Below, piece by piece: positions 37,701-50,072 of a DNA stretch of 64,000 nt. The DNA is from Tubiluchus corallicola. Lineage: Eukaryota; Animalia; Priapulida. The DNA is taken from assembly GCA_030141605.1 (NCBI GenBank), contig JAQGDQ010000069.1, positions 1,972-65,971 on the forward strand, in the 5' to 3' direction. Made by a program: the position numbers and the translations under genes. Below the pieces are notes generated by a model that saw nothing but the letters and a program-made list of their open reading frames with translations, made no database searches and had not been told where the DNA came from. How positions within the stretch are numbered: position 1 is the first letter of the stretch; each line of letters begins with the position of its first letter.

Positions 37701-40667
37701 ATTATGGAGCAGTGCTGTACTCACAAACTTTAAGTGGATAAGTAGTTAAGTAACATAACTTTGATATAATCCATCAGTAAGATTGAAATGCAGATATTAC
37801 ATTTTTAGTGTTTTCAACTAATGTTGTGTTCACTAGTCTTAAATGATTTAATGATGCTTAGTGCCATTTGTAAATCTGAGTAATCTGATTTTTAGCTATA
37901 ATCCCTATTCTGCAGATTTCTGTACCAGCAAGCAGAGCTGTCGAACTATGCGAACGGCTTCTTTCAAATGAGGAGGTGCAGTTAGCTGGACTGGGTGCAC
38001 GGGACAGTCTTCGACTGGAAGCTGGCCTCTGTCTTTACGACAACGACATTGATGAAACCACAACACCTGTGGAAGCATCTTTGCTATGGACAGTTGGTGA
38101 GTTGTGTTACATTGATTTTCAGGTGTGAAACCTCAAAGGAAATGAGTCATTTAATTTGTATACGTGGTTTACTGAGTCGTACTAAACAAGACACTCAGTA
38201 GGCTATTTTTGTGAAATTGTTGGAAAAAACGCTTCTCAGACATTTACATATGTGCTTGCACATTTGGCAGCTAAGCTTTTTTAGTTCACATGTCCTGAAT
38301 TTTATTTCATTAGGATAATTATGATACAAAGTTCAGTGCTCTATGTTATTTCTAACCCGAGGTAATCCACGTTGAAGTTGAAGTTCATACTACGAAAAAC
38401 ATAATCTTGAGAAATTTGCTATTAAAGTTAGCCATTTTTTGTCGTGCTTCTACAAAACCCTATGAAGGAGTGGTTGCTATAAACTTTGCGAGAACAAATT
38501 GAAGTTACGTTTGAATCTGTAGATGGCCCTTCCAGATGAAGATCTGGGCTTGGCAACAGAAAAAACCATAAGCAAAATGACTGCTTTCACGAACCTCAAT
38601 CGGAGTTTGAAAATACTAGTTTTTGACAAATGCAATAATAATTTTTAGGCAGAGAAGCGAGTAAGGAGTTATAAAATTAAATTTTTAGTATTTTCCAAAC
38701 AATTTCCTGGCATTTCTTTTGCCTAAACAAAGTCCAATATATTTAGCATTTGTTTTTGTAAAAAAAAGCAAAAAATTGTTATTTGACGCAATTTTTAATG
38801 CATTCGGCTTTGAAGCATCGTAATTTTGTTATAAGTATGCGGACTTACGGACAGTTTTGGTTTGCAAGCATGCATTATTATAAGGATGCATCAGTCCTGG
38901 TTTAGCATTTGGAATCAGTGCTTTTTTAGTGCAAAATTGAGTACAAAATAACCTCTCACCAAAATGCAGATACTGTGTTTGAACAAGCTAGAAAATAACT
39001 ATAAGCTTTCACTGCTTGTATTTCCCAGATTTTTAGTTTTGCCAGAAAATAATTGTGCCATGACTGTCTAAATTTGTTATAATTTATCATTGTCATTTTG
39101 AGGAAGTTAAGCAGCATCAGTAGCTATGCTGGAGCGACTACAGCATCCCCAGTCCTGACATGAAGAAATCAGCGTTGCTTCATGTGAACATTAAACGACC
39201 AAATCAAAAGTAAATGCTGATGGGAACATTAAACTACCAAATCAAAAGTAAATGCTGATGGGAATATTAAACGACCAAATCAAAAGTAAATGCTGATGGG
39301 AACATTAACCCACAAAATCAAAAGTAAATGCTGATGGGAACATTAACCCACAAAATCAAAAGTAAATGCTGATGGGAACATTAAACCACAAAATCAAAAG
39401 TAAATGCTGATGGGAACATTAAACCACAAAATCAAAAGTAAATGCTGATGGGAACATTAAACGCCCAAATCAAAAGTAAATACTGATGGGAACATTAAAC
39501 CACAAAATCAAAAGTAAATGCTGATTGGAACATTAAACCACAAAATCAAAAGTAAATGCTGATGGGAACATTAAACCACAAAGTCAAAAGTAAATGCTGA
39601 TGCGAATATTAAACCACAAAATCAAAAGTAAATGCTGATGGGAATATTAAACCACCAAATCAAAAGTAAATGCTGATAGGGGAACATTAAACCACAAAGT
39701 CAAAAGTAAATGCTGATTTCAGGAAAGCGTAGAAGAGAGACTGCAGATTTTCCCGGTGCTGATGTCATTCTTGATCAAATAAAAAATCCGCCCAGTCGAA
39801 AAAGAGTTGGCTTCACATCTACCGGACCACCTGCCAGAGGTATGTTAATAATTGTGGATAAATTTCCTTATTGCTCGTCCAGACATTAATCTTGCTAATT
39901 TATTCTTAATTTTTTTTGGAATCATATTTTTCACTAACTCACTTTACTGGCTGATATTATCAAAAAAAATTTTGTTTTTGCTAAAATTTGTCTCTTGATA
40001 ATGCTAATAGGCCATGTATACATGTATTTTTAAAAATGACATTCTGTAATTGTAGCCGGACTGAGTGACAGCCAGCAGTGATGTTGCATGACAGCAGGGT
40101 GCACAGAAAGAGAATGTTACAGTCTAGATTTTGCTTTCTGAAATATCCCAGGACAAAAATTAACCCTGCTGTTTGTTAAGAGTGGGTTTTTATGCGAGGA
40201 ATGTGAAACGTGGCAGAATAAAAGGGAATTACGAGTTTTGCTTCCTTGCTTTATAAATCAGCAATGGGATGGAAACAGTGTCGGTGGAAATTTATGTATT
40301 TCTTGAAAGGAGAAGTGCTTAGTAATGGCGGATTGACTGTGTTGTAGCATGTTGCTGTGTTGTAAAATGTATGCCTAAGCAGTTTAAACTTCAGTAACAT
40401 TGGTCGTTATACTGATGATGATTTTATACATTTGCTCTTACAGGTGGCACTACTATACTAAGCGAAGCTGGCGATAACATCGGCATCATAACCAGCGGTT
40501 GTCCGTCTCCTTGTCTGAAATCACAGAACATTGCCATGGGGTACGTCGCAAAAGAGTACTCTAAGAGGGGAACTGCCGTGCAATTTGAAATCAGAAAGAA
40601 GCGTTTCCCTGCTCAAGTGACTAAAATGCCATTTGTACCACATAAATACTACACAAAAAAGAGTTAA
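31734..40667 (+). CDS. AMT: Aminomethyltransferase, mitochondrial (glycine cleavage system T protein), 9 exons, 403 aa
   Basis: Exons 31734-31814, 32435-32647, 33389-33455, 34609-34709, 36920-37001, 37161-37306, 37916-38096, 39723-39839, 40444-40667 (1212 nt). Motifs [67 protein letters not shown] at 40736. Confidence 0.96.
33587..34159. mobile_element. Possible hAT-type MITE remnant
   Basis: Termini tagggctgcca / cggcaaccctg resemble hAT TIRs, but no TSD was found. Confidence 0.35.
35018..35075 (+). other. Degenerate 5S rRNA-like internal control region (5S-derived SINE or pseudogene fragment)
   Basis: cgaagttaagtagcactggtcctggttatgttggtagatgg resembles the 5S segment GAAGYTAAGCAG...GGCCTGGTTAGTACTTGGATGG; 5S ends absent. 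Confidence 0.4.
35256..35644. mobile_element. hAT-type MITE rich in TTCGAA/GAATTC subterminal motifs
   Basis: TIRs taggggttcagcatt / aatgctcaccccta; perfect 8-bp TSD ttaagcat (35248-35255, 35645-35652). Confidence 0.8.
36103..36393 (+). repeat. Dispersed repeat, copy A (matches 47936-48186; distal part matches the pogo-like element at 53220-53341)
   Basis: atctttaataaatgtgtagtttattaaataaagtcttgatag...gaacctattaaccgataggcg...agaagtacgagtaacagagctt shared between copies. Confidence 0.8.
39186..39717. repeat. 38-bp minisatellite, 14 copies, abutting the AMT exon 8 acceptor
   Basis: gaacattaaaccacaaaatcaaaagtaaatgctgatgg units; the last unit runs into tttcag at 39722. Confidence 0.95.
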
Positions 40668-43102
40668 CTTTTGCCTGCATTGCGGCATTACACAGTGAGT
40701 CCTGTCCATTAGCAATTCAGTCAATTCGGTCTTAGAATAAAGTGCTCAAACGTGACTGTGCTGCTGTCTATTGAAAAAAAATCATAAAGCAATGAATGAA
40801 ATGGTGTTTTGATAATTTTATTGCAATTTTGCTCATTGATATTGCCTGTTAAGGCAACAATAATTACTGAATGTTTTTGACGTCTTTCTCAATTTGTTGT
40901 TGATATCATCACACGTATGCCATCACCCATACTAGATGCCCAGATCAGCATATTACTGTATTCTTTTTTGGGCATTCGGCTTGTTTCTCAGGGTCTCTAT
41001 TATAAGCAGTACTAAAGTGCAAGAACGTTTCTGATAGCACAAATTAAATGATTGTTTTACCTGTAATTTTAGAGAATGCCATTTTGCTTCTTAGTAGTCC
41101 TGAAGACAAATGTTGTCCAACAGACCATTTACATTAAATAAAGTTTGTTTGATATTCGATTTGCCATTAATTTTAGCATTTGATCTAGCATGCGTGAGTG
41201 GCTGTACATACAAAATTATACATTTGCTGTTGCTGGCATTCCTCTATCTGTTAGTTTACTTGTTATGCTGTTTGCAATTTTGGTTCATGACCGTTTGGGA
41301 TACTTCATGTTGATCATATGTGTTTTGCCACACAACTTTTGCCGCTTTTAGATTTCTAGCCACATTTTGTCATTGTTATTGTTGTTCGACATTGTTATTT
41401 TTATTTGAATCATGCCTTTAAAGATTAGATATTGTTTTTAGTTCGTTTACCTTATTTGTTAACACGGGAATTGTTATAATAGACATTAAATGTTTTGTTC
41501 GCAATTACGCATTTTATTATATTTTGTTTTATGTTGTCTTTTAGTTGATGCATTCCAGTAATACTTATTTCTTTCTAAACATTTTATTTCATTAATATTC
41601 CAACCCTATGTTTCTTTACTCTAGTGATGGGTGCATAGGACCCGAGTGCATCGTTAAAATGCACTGTGAAAATGGTCTAGACCAGCAAAATCAATCGCTA
41701 TATTCTGGTATGGCTGGAGTGCTAGCATAGCATATAAGTCAACACAGCCAGTGATAAAGTTGCTGCAGTTTTGAGCACATTGTGAACAAGTTCTTGGTTC
41801 ATCACTCAGTTATGCAAAAAATTCGTATTTTGGTCTAATTTATATTACTGGGAAACAGTGAGACAATCAACTTAATTTCAGGTCTTTTTTAATTACCTTT
41901 CCAATGTTTTGCCGCTCTGGGCAGCTGACTTTAGACTAACTGGCTCAGTGTCACAGTAATGAAAACCAGACAATTGAGATTAGACTCCATCTCATTTTAA
42001 TTTACTGGGCAAAATATACAAATTGTCTTGCCTACAAAAGTTAGCAATTGTTTCTAATATTTAAATAATTACCTTGGAAAGTTAATTATCAGCTACCGAA
42101 CAAGCTATTACTTACATTACAAACCATAGCCACAGTTTGTGCAATGGTAGACGCTGATGTGATGTCAGGAAAATGAGCTCTACATCACGCTGACATCACA
42201 GACAAACTGCAGTTGATGGTCTGCTTATCATGGTACATATTTGTCGGCCACGCAAATGTGACAAAGCATCGCCATTGCCAGTTTTAGTGGCTTCGCTGAG
42301 CCGTGCGTAGCTTTGAAAGTTTAACAAAATTTTACTGTCCGAGGTGTAATGTAATTATTATTTAATCTACGCTTTGATTTTAAAAAAGCTGTTGTAGTTT
42401 TCAATGTTTTAGAGAATACTTTATTTTGAACTAATGTCTACACAATCGTCCGGTTTTCCTTTAAGTGTCATGGTGTTTTCTGTCTTCATTAAAAGCGATC
42501 TGAATAAATTTCTTGACCATTGACTCCAATTTCAGCCGTACTCTGTTTCAGCATAGGATTTACCAGACATTCTATTTGATTACTTGTGAGTAATTACGTC
42601 AGAATCTACATTATGACTGAAAAGCACTGTAAATGAAGTACCATCAAAAATTCACTTTTCTAAAAGCAGATTTTTGCAAAACTAGAAGATTCCGATAACC
42701 ACATAATCAAACTTCCCAAGTTTATACAATTATGAGGTATTTCCTAGAGATAAGGCGCTAAACCATATTTAATATTTAATATTTTTCCATAAATCAAATT
42801 TCCATAAATTACTTATAAAATTATTTTTATAACTTATAAAATAATAATAGTTTTTCCATAATTATTATAAATGAGCAAAAATTATGATAAAAAATTGCCA
42901 ATCAAGGTTTCACTTTATAATGAAGCAGTATCTCTTGAAGAAGAAGTTACTCTTTCAACGTTTTTCTTTATTGAATTTTACACTTTAATTGCTCATGTAT
43001 GTAATCATATATTATATGCCCCTACTGCATAAGTTTCTCAAATTAGCCGAACTTCTACAGTAGCGATGTTCTTTACATCGTTCGCTCATTGGCCACAGCG
43101 TT

Positions 43103-43152
43103 GTTACCATGACTACGGGTTGCTATGTTACAAATCAGCTGTTGCAACGAAT
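43103..43152 (+). promoter_or_regulatory. Cluster of RFX X-box-like motifs upstream of a ciliary gene
   Basis: gttaccatgactac (43103-43116), gttgctatgttac (43119-43131) and gttgcaac (43141), about 80-125 bp before ATG 43229. Confidence 0.65.
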
Positions 43153-43228
43153 ATTCTAACGTCACTGGGGGTGAGTAGCTTGCCGGTTCTTGCTCGACTG
43201 GCGTAACTGTGGCGGTGAGTTGACTGCG

Positions 43229-46200
43229 ATGTCTCTGTCAATTACCACGGCACCTGTGCGTAACCCTGAAGAAAAATGTTATACTACATCGTACAAAGAC
43301 TACCAAAGCAGAGGAACGTCAGGCGAGGTACATGTACTGTGGGCATTTCTAAAGTAATGATACACTGTCGGACGTTCGTACTTCGTATCACTAATGAAGC
43401 CTAGCAGCATATAAATATTCAGTATTGATCACGTGAACAAATTGTCCAAGGTTGTTGAAGTTGTCATACTGAAACTGAGTTTAAATTATAGAAAAATTTA
43501 AACGGGTAAAAAGCTGATGTTGAAATTCTGCGTTACTTTTGCGCGAAGTCTACATGTCTTTAACGTGTTAAAATGTTAGTTTTATTATTAAAAAGTGATC
43601 TGCAACAAACTTTATATGATTTTACAACGAATTTGTTGGTATTTGTATTAGAAGTTTTCCCAAAAGTGAAATTAAAAGTTAAAACTTTGTCTGCAAAATA
43701 ATACCTGCCATAACTTACTTCGAATCTTTTATGCTAAATTCTAAATTTAAACGTCCAGGACTCTCTTTCTCTGTCGCTCACTCTTTTCCATATTTAGCTA
43801 TTTTCAGCTGAGGTTTCAACACCTGTCTTAAAAATAACGCCAATAAAAAACACAGTTGAAACAATAAGTGAGCTAGCTATATATTGAACTTTTACACAGC
43901 GTTATTTTAAACAACTGGCGTGACTTTTTTGTTTCTTGGCTTATACATTTTGTTTCAACTTTTCATCAAAATTAAGCTTTTCCTTCTTCAGGAAAAGAAG
44001 GGCATCATTCCCACCAGCTTAGCACACACTGAAGAGCCATGGCGTCGTCTGTGTCAGGTGACCACCACGGAGTCTTCTTTACGGAAGTCGATATACGGGA
44101 GCCCGGCAGCGATAGAGATCCTTAGGTAGGAAGTATGTGAAAGTTCATGTCTTATAATTGCTATTTATGTATCATTCTTGCTGCCAGTATAGCGAAAATT
44201 TTGCCGCCATGATTGCTGCCACTCGTGTTTGTGTGGTAATAATCTCTCACGTAAGTCAGTTTTGAAAAAATTGTAGGTTTCCTTTCAATATTTTAGAGCT
44301 GATTGTTTAAAAACTCATACAACATCGTTCTGTGTGGGTTTTCAGGATGGCTGAGATAGCTTTAAGTATGTAGGCTCATAAAATATGTTAGCCTTAATTA
44401 CTGCAACTTGTATTGCAAATTAAAATGATACGGATTAATTTTAATGGTAATTCGACGTAATTAATTCCTAGTAAGTGAAATTCCTATAAACAGGGCCGTA
44501 GTTGGCTTTTGAAAAGTGGTCCGGCCACAGATACGGAACAGGTAGAAGAAGAATACAGCAGCAACATATAGAAGAGTATATAATAATTTATAATACAGGG
44601 TTATAATATAATAGAGCACTACACATACTCAATGATGACATAATTGATTAAAAATTCCCAAACACACATCTGCGCCGCTCATTTCTAGCAGTAAACTCGT
44701 TCGCAATTTCCTTCAGGTTGAGAGCGTCTGTTCTATCCATATGTACATGCAAAGTCATGAGATTGTTCAGTCTAGTTTGAGTCATCGTACTCCGCAAAAT
44801 AAGTTTTTACTCTACGCAGGGCTGAGAGTGTCTAGGCACGTATGGCAGAAAAAGTGGTCCGGCCGCCGACTACCGCCTTGATAAAGGATGTTGATGAGGG
44901 GTGCACAGTCACGTCACAGTCATGTTTTTATTGGTCTATAGATCCCCTATTTTTACATTATCAGAATTTGACGTAGTGCAAATTTGAGAGACATTGAAAT
45001 GCTTAATTTCCTGATCTGCAACCAATTCTTGGTGCACAGTTTGCATGCATGTCTGTGACAATAGTAATGTAGTCGTCATTCAGCAATACCGTCAGTGTTC
45101 AACTAATATAGCAGTAATGCACGCACTACTCAACTTTTAATACTCAACTACTCAAGTAGTAAACATAAGACAAGTAGCTGAGATTTAACTTCACAAACTG
45201 TAAGGTAATCAAACAGCATCATGAGCAGTATAGCATTCCAAAAAGTGTTAGCTTGATATGCAGCAGTTCCCTGTATCTCTTTCTTCAAGTTTCCTGCATA
45301 TCAACATTCTAGTCAGCTTAACATACTAGCACAAGCAATAATCGCTTGAGCCATATGTTTTCTGTAAACAAACATTTCATGCAAGTAAAATGCATTCCTG
45401 TTTTTACTAGTGAAACGGTAGACAATAACAAGTTCTTGTTTTTAGTTACGGTATTGGTGGTGCCACCTGTTAGTAGCAAAATTAAGCATTACCATGCAGC
45501 TACATTTTGAATCATTCTTTGAAATTCAAACACCACTTGACTCTGCTTTTACTTCATTATTTTAGGCAAAGCAAGCGTGGAGAGATGTCGGCTCAAGCTA
45601 CTCTTCATATTCCACCAAAACACCCACTGAAGGTTGCAGAAGTTAAGAAAAAGGAAAACATTCACAGCGTGAAGACAGCAATAGGTATGTTGGAGTTGGA
45701 GGTTCGTTTTTAAGATAATTTTTAATGGCATAAATTTGTACAACGAACAAAAAAAGTCTCAAAAAAAGATTGGACATTTCAGTGAAAAAATAGGCACTAT
45801 ATATATATATATATATATAGTGCTGCCTATTTTTTCACTGAAAATGTGTTTAGTAGTGAGTGTGCTAACGCTGCTGATTTTATTGAATTTTGCAACGTTA
45901 GCACACTCACTACTAAACACATAAAATAATTTATGCGAAAATAACTTGAAAATTGTGATTTTGTGCAGTCAAATGTGAAGACTTGTTAAAATTCAATTGA
46001 TAAAATAATGTGGTAAGAAAATTGAAAAATACTGCCACATCAACTGAAATATAATGCAAATGATAGCTCAAGAGAGCACGCATAAACCCCATTTTAGCAT
46101 CTAGCTGCAACCAGAAATGAAGTAACTGATAAATGACAACGATGTCCTGGTGATTTTCTAGGTAATGATGATGGCTACGACTGCAAAAGATCATATCATT

Positions 46201-47033
46201 TTACAAAGCGAAAACCAGATGGTGGATTTTATGCAAGTTGATACAGCCCCAATAGTGATACAGCCCCAATAACCACCCCATTTCTATCTTTTCCTTGCAT
46301 ATTACTGCTTTAAAGTACAATTGCATCTATACAAATGCACCTTTCGGAATATAGCGAATCATAATTACCGAGCCCAAGCCTTTCATCACGCCTTAATGCA
46401 ACACCATTTTTAGTGTAATACAGGGTGTTTCCAAAGAAACAGTATAGTAGAAAAACGCTGATATGCATACACTGGAATGTACAATAACCAACTGATATGA
46501 TTAGCAAAAGTGAATCTATGCAAATACAGTATTATTTTTACATCTCTGTAATGGCATACTGTAGAAGTTCAGGTGCACTTTGAACAAAATAATTTAATGT
46601 CATTCAAGGCATTGAACTTGATGAACTTTAGTATGTTTTTTATAACATGCAACGTTTTGAAAGTTGATGGTGCACATTTCTAGCAGTTATTTTAATATAA
46701 TCTCTTACTAAATGACTTAACATTCAAGTGCACTTCATTAGTGCTTTTAGACCAACATGCCATTTTACTTCTACTGTTCCAGAACACTCAATATCTACAG
46801 TAATTTTGACCTTAATTATTTTAATTGAACTCAGCATAGACCTATTCAAGATATGTTTGCAACCTCTCCATTCCACATCCTCATTTTCTAGAAAGCATCT
46901 ACCACAACCCAAGCCACTTCCCACCTCTTTCCTAATTGTCTTTATTTTCCCATTTTTCATAGAAAGCAATCACACTGCTGCCACCAATGGAGGATATTCA
47001 CGGAAACATAATGGTGGTTTTTACTGCAGTTAG
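43229..47033 (+). CDS. CFAP276: CFAP276/C1orf194-like ciliary microtubule inner protein, 4 exons, 140 aa
   Basis: Exons 43229-43327, 43992-44125, 45566-45684, 46963-47033 (423 nt). Family motifs PTSLAHTEEPWRRL, KKENIHSVKTAI and HTAATNGGYSRKHNGGFY; upstream X-boxes. Confidence 0.85.
44491..44880 (-). mobile_element. hAT deletion derivative, copy 2 (5-bp TSD)
   Basis: Near-identical to 28941-29349; TIRs cagggccgtagttggc / gccgactaccgccttg; flanked by ataaa on both sides. Confidence 0.85.
45775..45922. repeat. Two abutting near-perfect palindromes in CFAP276-like intron 3
   Basis: 45775-45846: arms around (TA)n. 45844-45922: 31-bp arms, 30/31 complementary, 17-nt loop. Confidence 0.9.
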
Positions 47034-47935
47034 AGCATCAGGGTTGGTAATCACATTTTGGCACATCGTTGCCATCTTGCTCAAGTTCCTTTAATTATGC
47101 ATTTCTATTGGCTAACTTAATTTTTTACGCTTTACACTTGTTTATGTAAAATGTGTGCAATACAACCAGTATTTTTGCCATTATATAATGTAACGTATTA
47201 TTATATTTACAAATGTAATTTAATATATTTTACTATCTGTTGCTTTCAGTGGCAGAATATTGATTTGTTTTTATACCATTATGTTATTAAATGTGGAGAT
47301 ACATCTGTTAAACATGTTCTTAGCAAATTAAATTGGAATCAGTGAACATTGTGAAAATTAGTAATCCAGACTTCATTCATGTATGATGACATGTGATATA
47401 AATAAGTACTCTAACAGCAAACTTTCTATTTTTACATATCGAATGAATGAAATATGAATTTATTAAAATTTTAAATGAGGATGTTTGATATATTTAGCAT
47501 TATGATTGCAAAGAATATTTGACGAACAGTAGTAATCATTGGTTGAGAGGAATGTCTGTGAGGTCACAACGTGTGTGTTAAGCAATAGCCAAGGATAGTC
47601 AGGAATCGGTCAGTTGATGGCTGGGAAACTGTTCCTAGGCAATTTTAGCTGTCACACAGCCCCAAGAAGTTATCAATCTCGCTGAAGAAGTATACGCATG
47701 TGTGTGTGCATGTGTGCATGCGTGCGCGCGTGTGGCGTAAAATTGGACGATTGTGCAAACATTAGTTCAGAATAAAGAATCCTCTAAAATATTAAAAATT
47801 ACAATAAGATTGGCAACGGCGGCTTTTTGTCACATGGGCGTGGCAGACAAATAGAAGGGGGTACCGTGGTAACCATGATCATGAACTGCAGTGTTAGTTT
47901 CTGACGTCATATGACGTAGATCCCATTTTCGTGAC

Positions 47936-48186
47936 ATCTTTAATAAATGTGTAGTTTATTAAATAAAGTCTTGATAGTTTGCTTTGCCCATCGTGGTTAC
48001 CCCACACGCCACGCAATGAACAACAATAATCAGCAAGCAGCTTTAACCACTATCATAAAAAGACTTTAATGCAACCACTATACAAATTATTTTAGTTTAA
48101 CCGATTGAACCTATTAACCGATAGGCGTAGTATTACTGCTGTAGAAGTACGAGTAACAGAGCTTACTATGCACTACAAAGTTTTTC
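47936..48186 (+). repeat. Dispersed repeat, copy B (matches 36103-36339)
   Basis: High identity to copy A over ~235 bp by eye. Confidence 0.8.
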
Positions 48187-50072
48187 ATATTGCACAAAAC
48201 AAGCCCATTATAGAATTAATTATAACTTTCATACATTTGTTCCTCAGATTTACATATGAGCAGAAAAGCAGTGCTAGGCTTTAACAGTATTTGGATGTGT
48301 CTGCCGGTAAAATTGTTTTTGTGCAGCTACTTCCATCGTCGTAACCCAGCTATTTACCTAAGTGAGGATCTATATATTGTCATGATACATTTGAATAGAA
48401 CAATGATACCGTCAATACCAGATAATGGACCAAATGTCTCCTTCGTTAAGAAAGCTGGCACTAAAAACTTCCAGCTGAACAAAACAGTCGCAGATTGTTT
48501 TGGAAAGAATTCTACTAATATATTTTACATGATGGTTGCATTTTACTTTTACTTGAATTAATTTTTTCATATAATACATATTATAATGGTACATTAACTT
48601 GAAAGAAACACCGTAAGTCATTAAAAATCCAAGACAGAACGAAAGCAGTCATAAAATTATATCACTCTTTATTAACATTTTCGGGCAGCAGTCAACCATG
48701 ATTTGGGTATCTTCAGTCACAGCTTACAATTTTTATCATCTATGTATTTTCAATTGCAGTTTACCTGTATGTAAACTTACTGCTACTTTAATATGTGCAT
48801 AATTATTCTCGTTTACAAAACTTTTTAAATGGAATGCACGGTTATTATAAAATAATAATAATACTGTAATAATAATAATATAATTATTACAGCTTATTCT
48901 TTTTTATTAGAAAAAAATTTAATTTTATGTTCATATCAGACCTTTTCAGCTTTCAATACAATGAATTATACAATATTCCAATGTCCTCTAATATAATCCG
49001 ATTTAATTCGCAACAGTTTGCCATTTCAGGAAGTACACTATAAAGCAATTTTCCTTCCCTTAACTTGAACAGTCTGTTCAAAAAAGAAACACAAATACAG
49101 TACAACATCCACCAAATTAATAGTAATAAATTGGGCATTGTGCATGTGCAAAGCTATTTAACTTGCATAAGCAACTGTACAAATGCCGTTTTTATAATAG
49201 TAATTACCAGTTATGACAGATACATAGAGTCCGAGTAGCAACAATAATTCAAACAGTACTATAACAAAAAAGTACAGGCATAACTGAATGAGATTTGTTT
49301 ATGAATGAACCAAAAGCATTGAACAATAATATTAAACAGCTAATAAATTGTGACATCCGACATAATAACTGTTCATTATTATAATCAAGTTAAGTACACT
49401 CAAATCGACATAACTTTAAACTTCACTCTTTTCCATCCTAGGCATTTCCCTTTCCAAAAATAACATTATTTTAAATTTTTAAATAGTTTTCAAACATTTT
49501 TGCATCATTTTGCACCAATAATTATTATTATCAATCTTTTTTCAAAAGTTAATTAGCTTAATTTGCAAATAATTGGATATAAATTTTTATTATTACTTTT
49601 GACTTACAGGAATTGTTTGTCAGCGTAACAACATAGTAATAGTGAGACCAAGTTTCTAAATAAACCTAGGATGTTTACTTAAAATAAATAAAACAAAATA
49701 CAGAATGATTACTATAAACACAAAAAAGTTTTTATGTGTTTTTATAAACACAAAAACATACAAATCTGTTTTTTAAATTGTCACTTGGCCATTACCCTGC
49801 ATAATAATACTAGCATTAATAAACCATAACAGGTATCCCAGGGTGCATTTCACTAGTGCCAAAGCTACATGAAATAAAGTCATCCTTGGACTATATATGA
49901 GGATTCCATTATGCACTTTAACATTTACACGTAAGCAAAGAAATAATGGATTTATTGTGGTACAACAATAAATTGAAAATGGTTGCAGTTAAATGGTGGT
50001 CAGCAATAAATGCTCACAAAATGCGGAATAATAAAGAAACAATGAAATTTCGGTTCTTGAAACTTGATTTGT

